A stretch of 64,000 nt of DNA, taken from positions 132,868,001 through 132,932,000 of the forward strand of contig NW_024704742.1 of NCBI RefSeq assembly GCF_018977255.1, in the 5' to 3' direction. Below, in pieces: positions 1 to 14,200 of this stretch. The notes below the pieces were generated by a model. That model made no database searches and was not told the DNA's origin. It saw nothing but the letters and a program-made list of their open reading frames with translations. Positions within the stretch are counted from its first letter, which is position 1. The number at the start of each line of letters is the position of its first letter. Made by a program: the position numbers and the translations under genes. This DNA is from Callorhinchus milii (lineage: Eukaryota).

Positions 1-1812
1 GAACATACATATTCGCACACACACACAATTGCACACATATGTATGTATATAGATATATATACACACGCACACACCATTGCACACGAACACACACACGCAC
101 ACACACACATATATATATATATCACTCACACCCACACACATCAATACACTTACATTTAAACCCCGGCAAAGAAACTCACAACTCACTCAACTTCCCGACT
201 CTCCTTCTCTCTCTCTCTCTCTCTCGTGTGTGTGTGTGTTGTGTGCAGTGTTTTTTTTTGCTCAGCCCTCTGTCTGTGATCGATAAATATACAGTATTAT
301 CTCAGCCCCGATTTGTGTGTGTGTTGAGAGTGGTGAAGGGGAAAGGGGAGGATAGCAAACAGCACTACACTGAGAGAGAGAGAGAGAGGGGGGGGGGTTG
401 CAATGTGGGGTGTGTTGGGTGTGGGGGAGGTGGGAAGAGAGAGATAAAAGTTTAACTAAACTTTTAGCAATTGTTCACTTACTTTGCAACACTTTTCCCC
501 TTCCTTTCCCTCCACAATTTCCATCCTCTTCACCACACACACACACACCCACACACATACACACACACACACATATATATATATATAACCAGCCATAAAG
601 CAAACCAATGCAAAAAAAATCTCAATTCACACACTGCTGGGTGGGGAATTTTAAACAAAAAAATATATATATAGCAAAAAAATTTCTTAAATAACACGTC
701 GAATCGGTTAAGAAGCATTTTTCACCAAATTCTTTTTTTTAATTAAAAAATGTAAAAAAGTAATAAACGCACCACCCACCCCCCCCCACACACACACACA
801 TACACACAGAGAAAAAAATTGATCAAATAAAACTTTTAAATATATAATGTATATGATATATGTATATATATATATATAGTTAAAAGGCGAAGCAATGTTG
901 GATTTGCAAAGAGATCGATGGCTTTCTGTCTCTTGCGCCTCTTTCGGTCACAAAAATCATCCCTTTTCGGTGCTTTTCTTTCATTTAAAAGACACAAACA
1001 GGCAGGAAAATATCGAAAGTTGTGAATTAAATTTGGAGAATTATAGTTACAGATAAATATGGGTTATAGTTGTACCCCATAAAACACACACACACACACA
1101 CATACACACACACAGCAACAGCAGCTGAGACCCTTTGCTTATTTATAGTACACAATTATATTTCATTGTAATTAATTACATATATATATATCAAATAATC
1201 AGTTTGCGATGTTTTTCCAACAAAAATAGATACTAACCATTCTCTATCAAATGATTGATTCAAAGTTGCTCAAAATCTCACTATCTTGGCCCGAATAGTA
1301 TTTAAGGCAAACGATAAATGTTTTCTGGTTGAAATGACTATTTTTTTTTTGACTTGCCACAACACCTCCCCCAAAACCAATTTAACACCCCCTCCCCCTC
1401 CCAAACACACACACACACACTCCCCTCCCAAACACACACACACACACACACTCCCCTCCCAAACACACACACTCCTCCACAGTTCAGGATCTCATACCCT
1501 GTCTTATCTTTAGAAATATCGACACGTACACAAAATTACTCACTTTCCAATCCCCTCCCTCCCTCCCTCCCTCTTCCCCTCCCTCCCTCCCCCCCAAAAA
1601 AAAATTCCTAATAGTTTAAGGGGTGGGGTGTTTGGAGAGAGAGGAAACTTCACTCCAGTGCTTACTGTTTCCAAAGCGATAGGTTCTGTGCGGTAAACAG
1701 CGAAAGCCACACAGCAGCGCCCTTGTGCGGAAAATATGGACCTCATCGGTTCAAGCGAATCGCTTTGCCCCGAATATCTGCTGTCCATCAACCCACAGCA
1801 ACTTCCCTATCC

Positions 1813-2256
1813 CATACACATACACACACACATACACACACACATATACATATATATACACATACATACATACATAATACATATAAACATACACACATAT
1901 ACATATATATATACATACATATATATACACACACAATAATACATATACACACACATATATATACACATACATATATACACACATGCATAATAATACATAT
2001 ACACACACACATATATACACACACATACATAATAATACATATATACACACACACATATATATACACACATACATAATAATACATATATAAATAAACATAC
2101 ACACATATATATATTCACACATGCACATATATACACACATGTATACACACACGTGCACATATACACACACACACATGCACATATATACACGCACATACAC
2201 ACACACACACATATATATACACACACAACACACATATATATATACACATACACACA
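1813..2256. repeat. Compound (CA)/(TA) microsatellite
   Basis: Direct reading. Confidence 0.95.
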
Positions 2257-2981
2257 GACAGGGCGCTTTAATGCACAATTAACAACCCCTTACCCTCCAG
2301 CTTTGCTCGATCACCTTTAGTATATATTTTTTAACAATATGCATGTTAAAAATATTTCGATTGCAATATATATATCTCTCTCACATACACACACACACAC
2401 ACACACCAAAGGCGCTTTAAATGCACACTTTACCCCCAGCCCCACACTCCACTTTTGCCAGATCACATTTGGCATTTTTTTATGCATAAAATCAAGTAAA
2501 TAAGCGAAAAAAAATATTTCGATTGCAATGTACGATCTCTCCCCCCCTCTCTCTCTCTCTCTCTCTCCCACTTCCTTGTACGGTTTTGTCTTACCGAGTT
2601 TCCTACAAAACTTTATCGAACGCTTTTCAAATATATATCTGTTTATCAAGAAAATAAATGAATCAATCGGTCGCAACCCTTTTAAACGCGTTTTATTCGT
2701 GTTAATAAGCAATTGTAGATATTGGCAATCGTTTGTGTGCTATCTCTCTCTCTCTCTCCCTCTCTCTCCTTCCTCTCTCTATCTCTCTCCTTGACCCTCC
2801 TGTTTTCAGATCGTTGCAATTAAAATATTCCCACTGTATTTAAACCCCAGACATCAGTGATCTGTGATTCCAACATGTAGAAAGTCTCACCGTGTTATTG
2901 CCTTTGACCAAACTTTTTTTTGCTGTGTCTGTGTCAAAACTTAAAAACATTGCTCTTTCGCTCCTGGGTATGTATGGATCC

Positions 2982-3609
2982 GTGTGTGTGTGTATGTGTG
3001 TGTGTAAGTGTGTGTGTCTGTATGTTTGTGTATCTGTGAATATGTGTCTGTGTGTGTGTGTGTCTGTGAGTGTGAGTGTGTGTCTGTGAGTGTGAGTGTG
3101 TCTGTGAGTGTGTGTGTCTGTGAGTGTGAGTGTGTGTCTGTGAGTGTCTGTGAGTGTGTGTGTCTGTGAGTGTGTGTGTCTGTGAGTGTGTGTCTGTGAG
3201 TGTGTGTGTCTGTGAGTGTGAGTGTGTGTCTGTGAGTGTGTGTCTGTGAGTGTGTGTCTGTGAGTGTGAGTGTGTGTCTGTGAGTGTGTGTCTGTGAGTG
3301 TGTGTGTCTGTGAGTGTGAGTGTGTGTCTGTGAGTGTGTGTCTGTGAGTGTGTGTGTCTGTGAGTGTGAGTGTGTGTCTGTGAGTGTGTGTCTGTGAGTG
3401 TGTGTCTGTGAGTGTGTGTGTCTGTAAGTGTGAGTGTGTCTGTGAGTGTGTCTGTGAGTGTGTGTGAGTGTGTGTGTCTGTGAGTGTGTGAGAGTGTGTG
3501 TCTGTGAGTATGTGTGTCTGTGAGTGTGTGTGTCTGTGAGTATGTGTGTCTGTGAGTGTATGTGTCTGTGAGTGTGTGTGTGAGTGTGTGACTGTGAGTA
3601 TGTATGTGT
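2982..3609. repeat. (GTGT..CTGTGA) degenerate GT satellite
   Basis: Tandem ctgtgagtgtgtgt units. Confidence 0.95.
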
Positions 3610-4096
3610 TTTGCAAACTCAAAAGATTGCTCTGGAATGTAACTTCTCCCTCAAAAACGAAACAGAACAAATCCCAACACTACACGTCGCCTCAAAACGT
3701 CCAGTTTAAATAAATGAATATATATCTATATACATGTACACACGGGGGGGGGCTCTTGTTTAGTTACAAATCAGTCGTTCATCCCATTTGTTTCAGTATT
3801 TTCCACATTCCCCCCACCACCAAAATAAAACAACATACACCAACAATTCCAATTTCTGTTATAATCCAGACACATTTTTTCTTCTGAATATTTTTAATGC
3901 CCCAATTAAAGTTTGCTGAGTCTCCCACCACCCTATTTGTGTTTGTGTTTCCCCCTGTCTCCACCCCCCCCCCCCGCCCCACCTCTCTCTTCTCTCTGCA
4001 CACTTTTTTGGGTGACTTTTTGATTTTTTTTATATAAATGGCTTTTCTAACCTCTTCCCCTTCCCCCCTCTTTCCACTCCCCCTCTCCTCAGCAAC

Positions 4097-4127
<31 letters not shown>

Positions 4128-4256
4128 AGACACCAACCATCATTAAAATATTTACAGAGACACAGAGAAACACACACACAGGACAGACAAACATACAGTC
4201 AACAGCTCCCAGGTCAGTCCTCTGCTCTTTCCCATTGTAACTTAATCTGGGAAACC

Positions 4257-4811
4257 AGAGAGAGACACACACACACACACACATAGAGAGAGACACATAG
4301 ACAGACACAAACAGAGAGACACACACACATAGAGAGAGACACACAGACACAAACAGAGACACACAGACACAAACAGAGACACACACACACAGACACATAG
4401 AGTGAGACACACACACACAGACACAAACAGAGACACACACACACACAGACACATAGAGAGAGACACACACACACATAGAGAGAGACACACAGACACAAAC
4501 AGACAGACACACACACACACACATTGAGAGAGACACACACACATAGAGAGAGACACACACACACACACACAGACACATAGAGAGAGAGACACACACACAC
4601 ACAGATAGAGAGACTCAGAGAGAGAGAAAAACAGACAGACAGAGGGACACACACACAGACAGAGAGAGACAGAGACAAACAGAGAGAGAGAGACACACAT
4701 AAAGACATAGAGACACAAAGAGAGAGAGAGAGAGAGAGATGCAGAGACACACACACACATAGAGGGAGAGAAACACACCCAGACAGACAGACAGACAGAC
4801 AGACAGAGAGA
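4257..4811. repeat. Compound (CA)/(GA)/(CAGA) microsatellite just inside the putative ARID3C intron 1
   Basis: Direct reading. Confidence 0.95.
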
Positions 4812-4887
4812 GGTGGGGAGGGGGGTGGAGAGAGAGTTTGGATTATTACACACAGTATAAATAAGAATACAGAAATCGCACCCTCAC

Positions 4888-4926
4888 CAAAGCTGTCTTA
4901 GTCACTACACTTGCGTTGTCAACCAT
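4888..4926 (-). CDS. ARID3C: Probable first coding micro-exon of ARID3C ([13 protein letters not shown]); rest of gene would lie left of the window
   Basis: Minus strand reads gaatcATGGTTGACAAC...GCTTTG|gtgagg: strong Kozak, 13 codons, canonical donor. Position and orientation downstream of the SIGMAR1 3' end match human ARID3C synteny. The peptide resembles, from memory, N-termini of non-mammalian ARID3C. No ARID domain is visible in the window. Confidence 0.5.
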
Positions 4927-6089
4927 GATTCGTGTAGTTTTCTGCCTCTCTCTGACTGTCTCTGTTTGGTTGTTGTTTGGTTACTCTCCTCCTCCACTCC
5001 ACATCTATTACTCCACTGTAAATCCCTTGTCCGACAATCCGGGTTTGTGTTTTATTTCCACATCGAGTGTCTGGATCGCCTGGTGAAGGGATTGCACCCC
5101 ACACCAACACCCCCCCACCCACCCACCCACTACCACCACCAATCAACCAACCAACACCCCCACCCACCCAACACCCAACTCCTTTCCCTTTCCCCCCCTG
5201 CAAGACACCCATCAACACACATGCACAGACATCGTTGATGTTGCCAACTGTGTTAATATCACAGCCCTGAAAGCAACAAGTGTGTCTGGGGGGGGGGGGG
5301 GGGTGGGATAGAGATTGATGTGTGTGTGTGTGTGTATGTGTGAGGAGGGGGTGCAGTTTGTATGACCAAGACTCTGACAGCCAAACCTCTACTCCCATTT
5401 GCTAAATAGACGTCAATGTGTTGATAAATAGAAGAGACAACGATCAGTGCAAAGAAAACACACACAAAAACCCCTCCTTTCTCTCTTTCTCTCTCTCTCC
5501 CTCCCTCCCAGCTCCCTTCCTTCTTTCATTCATCCTTTCCCCTTCGTTCCTTGCAAAAGGTTTCAATATCTATATGTGTTTTATCTACCCCCACTCTCTT
5601 TCTCCCTACCTCCACCAACCCATTCAAACATAGGATCTGTATTTTTATAGATTTGGGTTTCACACTGATGAATGTCATGTGTGATTTTTTTCTCTCTCTC
5701 TCTCTTTCTCTCTCTGCACGATCGGGGGAACCAGTTTTGAATTGACTCCAATGTGAAAAGGAGAGAGAGGGAGACTTCTCAACCAAGTGATAAGGTGCTA
5801 TATCGAAAGCAAGTATTATTATTATTATTATTATTATTATATGGATGCCCACCAAAGGGTGGCAGAAAGAAGAGAAGGGTTAAATACATACAGTCGATTC
5901 ACTTTACAGTATATTCTGTGAAGCGCTTTGAGATGTTTAGAAGACGTGAAAAGCCTTATATCAAATGCAAGGATTATTATTATTATAAGGGAGATTGTAG
6001 TGTTAATGTCACTCCCACACACACACACAGATCAGCCTTATCATCTATCACCCACACAAAATACACAGTCAAAATATTTTACTGTACGT

Positions 6090-6430
6090 AGAGTCTGTAG
6101 CGTAGTGGTTAGTGCGCTCGTCTTGCAAGTGAAAGGATCCGGGTTCGATTCCCGGGCGGGGCGAAACTGTTGGCAAGTTTCCTTACTCCACACGCCTCTG
6201 TTTACCTAGCAGTAAGTAGAAACCCAATCCATTTTAGGATCGCTTTCAGAAAGGTAATAATCCCTTAAACAAATCTGACTCAATCCACGACTGTTTGTGG
6301 GACACTGCTGTGCGAAATTGGATGACACGTTTCACCCACAAAATATACTGTCAATTCACTTTACAATCTATTCAATGACGTGATAAGGCGCTATAACAAA
6401 TGCAAGGATTAATATTATTATTATTATTAA
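6090..6430 (+). mobile_element. tRNA-derived SINE, long form
   Basis: A/B-box head (tagcgtagtgg...ggttcgattccc), ggcaagtttccttactccacacgcctctgtttacc body, ...caaatgcaagg(att)n tail. Confidence 0.85.
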
Positions 6431-7812
6431 GTGCCTCCCCTCCCTCCCACGCGTACACAGATCAACCCAGCAAATAGCTGCAAGCATTTACTTGAAATTG
6501 ACATTTGTACATTACTGGGGTAGCAATCAGTCTCACCTCCGTTGATGTGTGCGTGCAATACAGATATATTGTGCAGAGTGTGGCAATTTTAATAATAGGA
6601 TCCAGGGTTTGTGTGTGTGTGTGTGTGTGTGTGTTGGGGGGGTGATGGTATGTGGGGAAATATACAGCAACAATATGGTGAAAGCCATGTGAGAGATTTT
6701 TTTTTGAGATGGAAAGGACTGGGTGTGGTTGGAACTGGAATTTGTGAAGTGAAGGGTGTGGGAGGTGGGGAAATGTTTAAACATTAAACATGCAAACAAG
6801 TTTCTAAATGAATTAAACAGATGTTCATGACAGCAAACCGACACAGAGGGAAGGAGGGCGGGGAGAGGAGGTAGAAAGAGATAGAGAATTAAAAGGAACT
6901 GAGATGGTGGGAAAGGTTCCTTCTTGCAAACAACAGAAAAAGGTCCTTTAAATGCCTTGCCTTTCACTGTAATGTGTATATATAAATGTTTAAAAGCAAA
7001 ACAAACAGGATTAATAAACAGAAAGGAGAGGAGTGGGGGGGGGGGGGGGGGGCAGGGGAGAGAACCATCAGCACAGTAAAATGAATTGTGCAACAGGTTC
7101 CAGACAAGTCAAATGATTGACACAACCAGCTTTGCCTCAGTTTACGCCTGCACTGAGCTGAGGTGTGCCTTTTACCGCTGTGTCAGCTTAGATCGGCTGT
7201 TAGTTATGGGTTCGTGGCCTGTGTTCAGAACTGTAAAGCTCCTTGTCTAAGGCAATCGTACCGTAAAGCTCTTTCCGACAAGATTCATTGTCTCCTTGGA
7301 TGTGTCTGTTAAGGTGAGAGTCTCGTCCACTTTTGCAGGGATATTTCACATCCCACGACATTACGTATTGAAAAGCGATGTCCTGACCAACAATCCAGTG
7401 AAGTTGGCCATTTACTTACTTCGTGGCTGTACGCTGAGCGCAGAACGGCTTCTCAAATGTGACATGAAGTGCTTCGAGGTGATCTGATGTATGCGTGAAT
7501 GGGTTCTGTGTCAAATGCTTTTATTAATCAGCTGTGAATTCGCTTCACAATATATTCTGTGAAGCCCTTCGAGACGTCTCAATGACGTGATAAGGCGCTA
7601 AATAAAATGCGACGATTATTATTATTGTTATTGACCGACAAACAACAAAAAAATATATATTCAGCGCCTTTCAAGTAGAACTTTAGGAGTCAGCGAAGAT
7701 GCTGTGCAAGGGAAAGGGTGTGGTGGGCTTTAAGCATGTTTGAAGAGGTGGGACTTAAATTCAGAAAGAGAGGGCGAGACAGATTGGTAGAGGGAAGGAG
7801 TTGCAGGGGTCA

Positions 7813-8165
7813 TAATAATAATACATAATAATCCTTGCATTTGATATAGAGCCTTATCACATTGTTGAGATGTCTCAAAGGGCTTCACAGAACATACTGT
7901 AAAATGTATACTTTATGGGCAGAACATGGCAGCCAATTGCGTACAGTTTCTGAAGTGAGTGACCAAATTCTTCTTATTTTTTTGAAGGGATTACTACCCC
8001 AAGAATGTGATACGCCAGTCGACTAACAATCGGGTTCCAACTTATTGCTAGGAAACAGAGGCGTGTGGAGTAAGGGAACTTGCCTAAGATTTTGCCCTGC
8101 CCAGAAATCAAACCCTGATCCTCTCGCTTGCGAGGCATGTGTCCTTACCACTACAATACAGGACC
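7813..8165 (-). mobile_element. tRNA-derived SINE, long form
   Basis: Reverse complement of the same head, body and tail. Confidence 0.85.
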
Positions 8166-8489
8166 TTACAAGATGGGAGAGATAAGGAGGAGCTAGGGAA
8201 TGGACCTAATTTATAGCTGCACTGAGGTGTGACATTTAACTCAAATGGTAACTGGACATCTGAGACATGTCCGAGCTAATACACAGCTGTTGAATGGATG
8301 AGAAATCGACACCAGGAGCTTTGAAAACATTTGCTTTCATTAAGAGGTTTGCACATCAGATTATGGATATTTAATATTTTGCACAGATTTCAGAGGAAAT
8401 GAATGAAGCAACATTTCTTTATGCTGTTCAAGCAAGATAACGTTTGGCTTGACCTACAACATTGACACAGTGCACTACACATAGAGTAT

Positions 8490-8790
8490 CACGGAACAGA
8501 TCGATTTCAAGATCCTCTCACTTGTCCACAAATCCTGTCACACCTGGCACCTCCCTACCTTTCTGACCTGCTTTCTCCCCACTCCACTGCCCACCGCCTC
8601 CACTCGGCTGGCTCCCGCTTCCTGCTATCCCTCGTTCCCTTCACTCCACCATCGGCAGCCTTGCCTTCAGCCACTACGCTCCGAAGCTTTGGAACTCTCT
8701 CCCTCAATCCCTTCATCTACGACCACCTCCCTCCTTCCTCCCCCCAGCTCTGTGCCAGTTTCCACCACTGTTAAGCACTTCGAGACATCG
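8490..8790 (+). mobile_element. L2-type LINE 3' fragment
   Basis: Encodes the IDFKILSLVHKS...APPYLSDLL C-terminal L2 motif and contains cactccaccatcggc. Confidence 0.75.
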
Positions 8791-9339
8791 CGTCGCATGA
8801 ATAATAATAATAATCCTTGCATTTGATATAGCGCTTTTCACGTCGGGAGGACGTCCCAAAGCGCTTCACAGAACACACTGTAAAGTGAATTGACTGCATA
8901 TTTGTGGGCTAACGCGGCAGCCAATTGCGCACAGCAATGTCCCACAAACAGTCGTAGATTGAAAATGACCAATTTATTATTGGTTTTGGTTTTGGAGGGA
9001 TTATTATTGAAGGGGGCTATTTAAATGCAAGTTGTTGTGGTTGATAATGTTTGACGCATCTCTATTATACAAGGGAGGGGGCATCAGCAATATCTTGATA
9101 ACCTAACAATTTCCTTCTCAAGAATCCCGCCTGCCTTCGATTTTCAGGTAATTTTCAGAGTATCGGTTTAATATAATTCAGTCTGAGTTGAAGTATTTTC
9201 TTGTAATAATAACAGTAATAATCCTTGTATTTGGTACAGCGCTTTATCACGTGGTCAAGATGTCTCAAAGCGCTTCGCAGGCTTTATCGCAAAGTGTAGT
9301 GACTGTGTATTTTGTAGGTGAACTTCATTTTGGATTTTC

Positions 9340-9635
9340 TAGGTTCTTCAGATGAGACGTTATACCGAGCTCTTGTCTGCCTGTTCAGGTGGATGTTAAA
9401 GATCCTGCGGTGCTAACTCAAAAAAATGAAGGGAGTTTCTCCCGGTGTCCTGGCCAAAAATCCCCTGAATAAAATGAGTCATTCACTGTTTTTGGAGAAC
9501 ATTGCTATCTGCAAATTTGTTGCCACATTCGCACAGAAAAACAGCCACAATATTTCACAGTAAAATCCTGTGAAGTACTGAAATGACTCATCGTTGTGGT
9601 AAGGTGCTAGGCAAATGCAAGTGTTATTATTATTA
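9340..9635 (+). mobile_element. Deu-domain SINE (SacSINE1/AmnSINE1-like) fragment
   Basis: gatgagacgtt...cctgttcaggtggatgttaaagatcc...gggagtttctcccggtgtcctggccaa resembles the Deu domain; tail shared with the other SINEs. Confidence 0.7.
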
Positions 9636-10764
9636 AATGCAAGAATTGGGTCATTACAGTACAGTTAAGAGTGGGCACAGAGTAGTGGAGGATTTGGGTG
9701 TATACCTCAGTGGCTCCATGTTAGAATCATAGAATTTACAGTATAGAAAGCAACCGTTTGAATCTATGCTAATGCTATGTCCTTCACTGAAGCTAACTGA
9801 TCTAAATCCCTGCTCTTTCGCTGTATCTTTTTATATGGTTTCCATTTTATATGGTTCAAATTGCCTGCTGCCAAATTGGCTTGGAGGCGCCTTGACAACC
9901 TGATAAGGCATGGTATCAAATGCAAGGTATCAAATGCAAGGTTTATTATTTGAACATTTATTCAGTTTCCTTTTAACTGTTGTATTTTTGGTCTCGGTAA
10001 CCGCAGGCATTCGTGGCAAAGCAAGCCATGTTCTAGTGCGACAATGTAGCTTTTCCAGTGACAATCTGTGGTTAGCTCATTACCTCAGCTAACCTTGTCT
10101 CAGGTATCAGCTTGGCTTAGTTGGTAGCACTCTCACCTCTGGATCAGAAGGTTATGGGATTATTATTACTGATGTTCTGCCATGTCTTGAGCTCTCAGTC
10201 ACAGCTCGCATTCTAGTGAGATGCTGCATTGCCAGAGGTGCCATCCCTTTGGAAGAGATGGTAAACTGAAGTTCTCTCTGCTCAAAAAGGGGTGAAAAGA
10301 TCACGTGTAAAGGAAAGTGAGCATGTTTTTTTCTCCTGGCATCTTGGCCTTTCGCAGATCAATTGGTCGTTCTGTTTCTGGGAACTCGCGGGATCAGCAG
10401 TCGGGCTTTCAGTCTATTCTACCCCTACTTTGGAACTCCATCCCAGAATCCCCACACCTTCCTCCCTTTGACCATGACTTAGATTGTCTTCCCTCCCTCC
10501 CACTCCCATCCCATGTCTGTTGGCCCCTACCCCCATTTCGGGCGCAAACATTGTCCAAAGCCTTGGGATGTCCTCCCAACGTGAAAGGTGCTATACAAAT
10601 TTGAGACCGGAAATAGAGGTCAGCTTTGCTGCAAATTATGGTTGAGAGGGAGAAAGTTCAAGCACCGGTTTAAGAAAGAAGAACATCAATGATAATGTCT
10701 TATTGCGCTTTGGGACGTCCTCCTGATGTGAAAGGCGCTCTATAAATGTAATTTTGTTGTTGTT

Positions 10765-11200
10765 GTTGTATTGATATCACACCCTATCATGTGGGTAAAA
10801 CATCTCAAAGCGCCTCACAGGATTTAATGTAAAGTGTCTTTACTATCTATTTTGTAGACGAACGCGGAAGCCTATTTGTGCAGAGCAATGTCTCGCAAAC
10901 AGCCATGGAGTGAGTTATGAATTTGATCTGGGGGATTGTTGGCCAGGATATACAGACAAACTCCATTCACTTTTCGAATAGTGCCAAAGGAACTTTAACG
11001 TCTGTCTGAATAGGCAGACAGCACCTCAGTTTATCATCTCATACAAACAACGGCACCTCTGACAATGCAACACCCCCCCAGCACTACATTGGAGCATCAT
11101 CTTAGACTATGTGAGCTCAAAGTCCTGATGAGGAGCTTGAACCCGTAATCTTCTGACTCAGAGTTGAGAGTGCTACCGACTGAGCCGGACTGACACCTAC
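10765..11200 (-). mobile_element. Near full-length Deu-domain SINE
   Basis: tRNA-like head (gctcagtcggtagcactctc...ggttcaagc), Deu-like centre, L2-like tail. Similar copies at about 12700-13040, 27430-27700, 49885-50295, 53305-53705, 57385-57640 and 62030-62320. Confidence 0.7.
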
Positions 11201-14200
11201 ATTTGAATGTGAGCAGACAGAGTGCAAACCCTGGGAATATTCATTAAGTCCACTGGAGAGAATAAAGGCATAATTTACAAGAACTAGTTTTCTGTTACTT
11301 TTGGCCTCCCCCCCACCCGCCCTCTCCTCTTCCGTTGACAGAAATATTGATGGGGTAAAATGTGGAGTATTCCCTTAAGGTGCTCCTGCCTTAATTAACA
11401 CAAGGAACGCTTTAAGGAATGCCCACAAATTTTCCCCAATAGTTCATAGATCAAGTAGCAATGATCTGAAGTTGCAACAATAAATGAATCTCACCTAAAA
11501 GCTGCAAGCAAATGGGGAGCTCATTCATAAAACAACAACAACAACTTGCATTTACATCGAACCCTTCATGCGGGCGGGACAGCATCTCAGAGCGCTTGTC
11601 AGTGCCTAGCTCGGGGGGGTGGGAGGGAGGGGAAGAGGGAGAGGGAGGAGGTGCCCGTAAGCACGGTTCAAAAAGGAAGGTCTTCAGTTCTGATCCAAAA
11701 GAGGGGACGGAGGGGGCAAGGCGGAGGCATTGAGGGAGAGAGTTCCAAATGCATATTTAGGGAGCATATTTACGTAGTGTCTTTCACGTTGGGAACCAGC
11801 TTCTGAGTTAAGATTGGATCTAAGGATTTCCTGCATTTTTGAGTGATCTTAGATTTTAAGGTAATATAATGTTTTCAGGCTAAGTAGCATTCCTCTAAAG
11901 GGTTCGAAAGACTTTCAACACATATTTTCCTTGTTCCCTAGCACTCACTATGATTAAGAGTATCCAAATTGAGAGTTCCACATACGGATGCCAGCTATGC
12001 CTGGAAATAACAATATATTAATAATAATGCTTTAATTCGATATGGCATCTTATCACATTGTTGAGATGTCACAAAGCGCTTCACATAATATACTGTAAAG
12101 AGAATTGACTGTATATTTTTACTATTAACAATCGGGTTCCTACTTACTGCTATGTAAACAGAAGTGTGTGGATTAAGGAAACTTGCCTGATGTTCCACCC
12201 TGCCTGGGATCAAGCTCGGGTCCTTTTGCTTGCGAGGAGAATGCTCTAACCAGTATACTACAGGACACCGCTCCACAGAAATGTCCCAGCGTCTGAAATG
12301 GAATGTGCAATCTCTCTCGCTGGAGGGATGAGTCCTGCTCACCTAATTCTTGCAGACGGACGAGAGCAAAGGCTTTGGGACCCCAAAATGTGCATTGGGG
12401 TACAGCTGGAGTCTAACCAGCTAAAACAACATAGCTTGCCTTTTGAGAGTGCTGTCTGGCAAGCTATCTCACTGCTAGGACGATTCTACCCTTTGGGGCT
12501 TTGGTGAGTGGCCAGAATTCCCTGCTGCCATCTTTCTTGGGTGCCATCCTCCAAGTGACCATCATTCAAGTATGAGTGTTGACAGTGAGAGTGGGAAAGC
12601 TATTCAATCGCAACTTGAATCCACAACCTCCTAACCTAACGGAACCGAAGCTGACACTGTCACAGAGTCAGACAGGCATCCATCTTTGGCACACAAATGT
12701 CAGCTTGGCTCAGTTGTTAGCACCCTCGCCTCTGAGTCAGAAAATTGTGGGTTCAAGCCCCACTTCGGGACTTGGAACCCCAATGCAGTGGTGGGGGTGT
12801 CTGTCAGGTGGACGATAAAGATCCCATGGCACTAATTGAAAAGAGGAGGGAGTTTCTCCCGATGTCCTGGACACCAATCCCCAGATACAAATTATTATTT
12901 ACTCCATGGCTGTTTGTGGGACATTGCCGTGTGCAAATTGGCTGCCGGGTTCACCCACAAAAGCACATGGTCACACACTTTACAGCAGATCCCGCAAAGC
13001 GCTTTGAGACATCACGGCAAAGTGAGGAGGATTATTATCATAAGTCTCGGATGAGCCGAGAGAACCAAACTGCTTTAGATTTCAATTCATGACTTTGTGA
13101 GGCCTCAGAATTCAAATCAGGCTAACAATTCCAGGAGGAAACCTAATCAAGGGTTATGAACCGTCACCTGAACTGTGAGATAAAGTTACTGCCTTCAAAT
13201 CACTCCAGGGCATCTGGGTTCTTTTTAAAAAAAAGGCTCGCGATGTAAAGGCTCGAGAAATGCTTTGTGTTCAAGGTGCACCCCCTAGCTATCACAGGGA
13301 AAAACAGAGTTAGACAGTCATTCTTTGCCTGTCACAAACAATAATAAGAATAATCCTTGTATTCGATATAGAACCTTATCACAACGTTGAGACGTCTCAT
13401 TGTGCTTCACAGGATATATCGTAAAGTGGATTAACTGTATGTTGTTCACTCTCAAAACTATTGTTGAAAATAAGTGACAAAGGACACATTTAAGCACCTG
13501 TCATTCAAACACTCTTTAATTTGGGAAACGTCGATAATTGAGGAACACATTATGAGAAATTCCACTTGGGGTCTGGATTTCTTCTGTTTGTGTAGCATTT
13601 TGAAGCATCCGGAATTTGTTGTAATCAGTCTTATGTTGGAAATCAGCTTTATGTAGTTTCTTGAAAGAATCGGACAGAAAACAGGCTTCAGAATTACGAA
13701 TTTCTCAATAGATGGATGCTCTGAGATGTACATAAATAGAGTAAATCAGGTAGGATTTTCCCCACCAGCAAAGCGCTCAGGAATACTGTGATTTTCATGC
13801 CTTGATGCTTCTAAGAAAGCAGGAGCCAGTCATAAGCCATTCACCGGGTATTCGATCCACGTTTTTGTTAAGTGGGTATATCCAATGTGAGAATAAACTG
13901 TGTGACTAATGCATTAATCACATTCTGATTCAATGAAATAAGCATCTCTACAGCAATAGAAGAGAACAAGAGACAGAAGGAAGAAATGCATTAGAGTCGC
14001 CACTTGGCAACCCATGTACCAACTCACAGGTTCCCGATACACCAGTGACATAGATAATATCTGCTGCACTTCAATGTCTTAATCCTGGTTCAAATCCTTC
14101 TCGTTGCTGTTGAAGATTGGAATAGGAGTCCTGGATTGCTCAACTGGAACTGAGCCAGCCTGGAGCCTTGTTGAATAAGCTTTTAAACAAGTGCCATTTT

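Noticed and set aside
1..4853. His/Thr- and Cys/Val-rich ORFs
   Set aside because: Translations of CA/TA/GT microsatellites.
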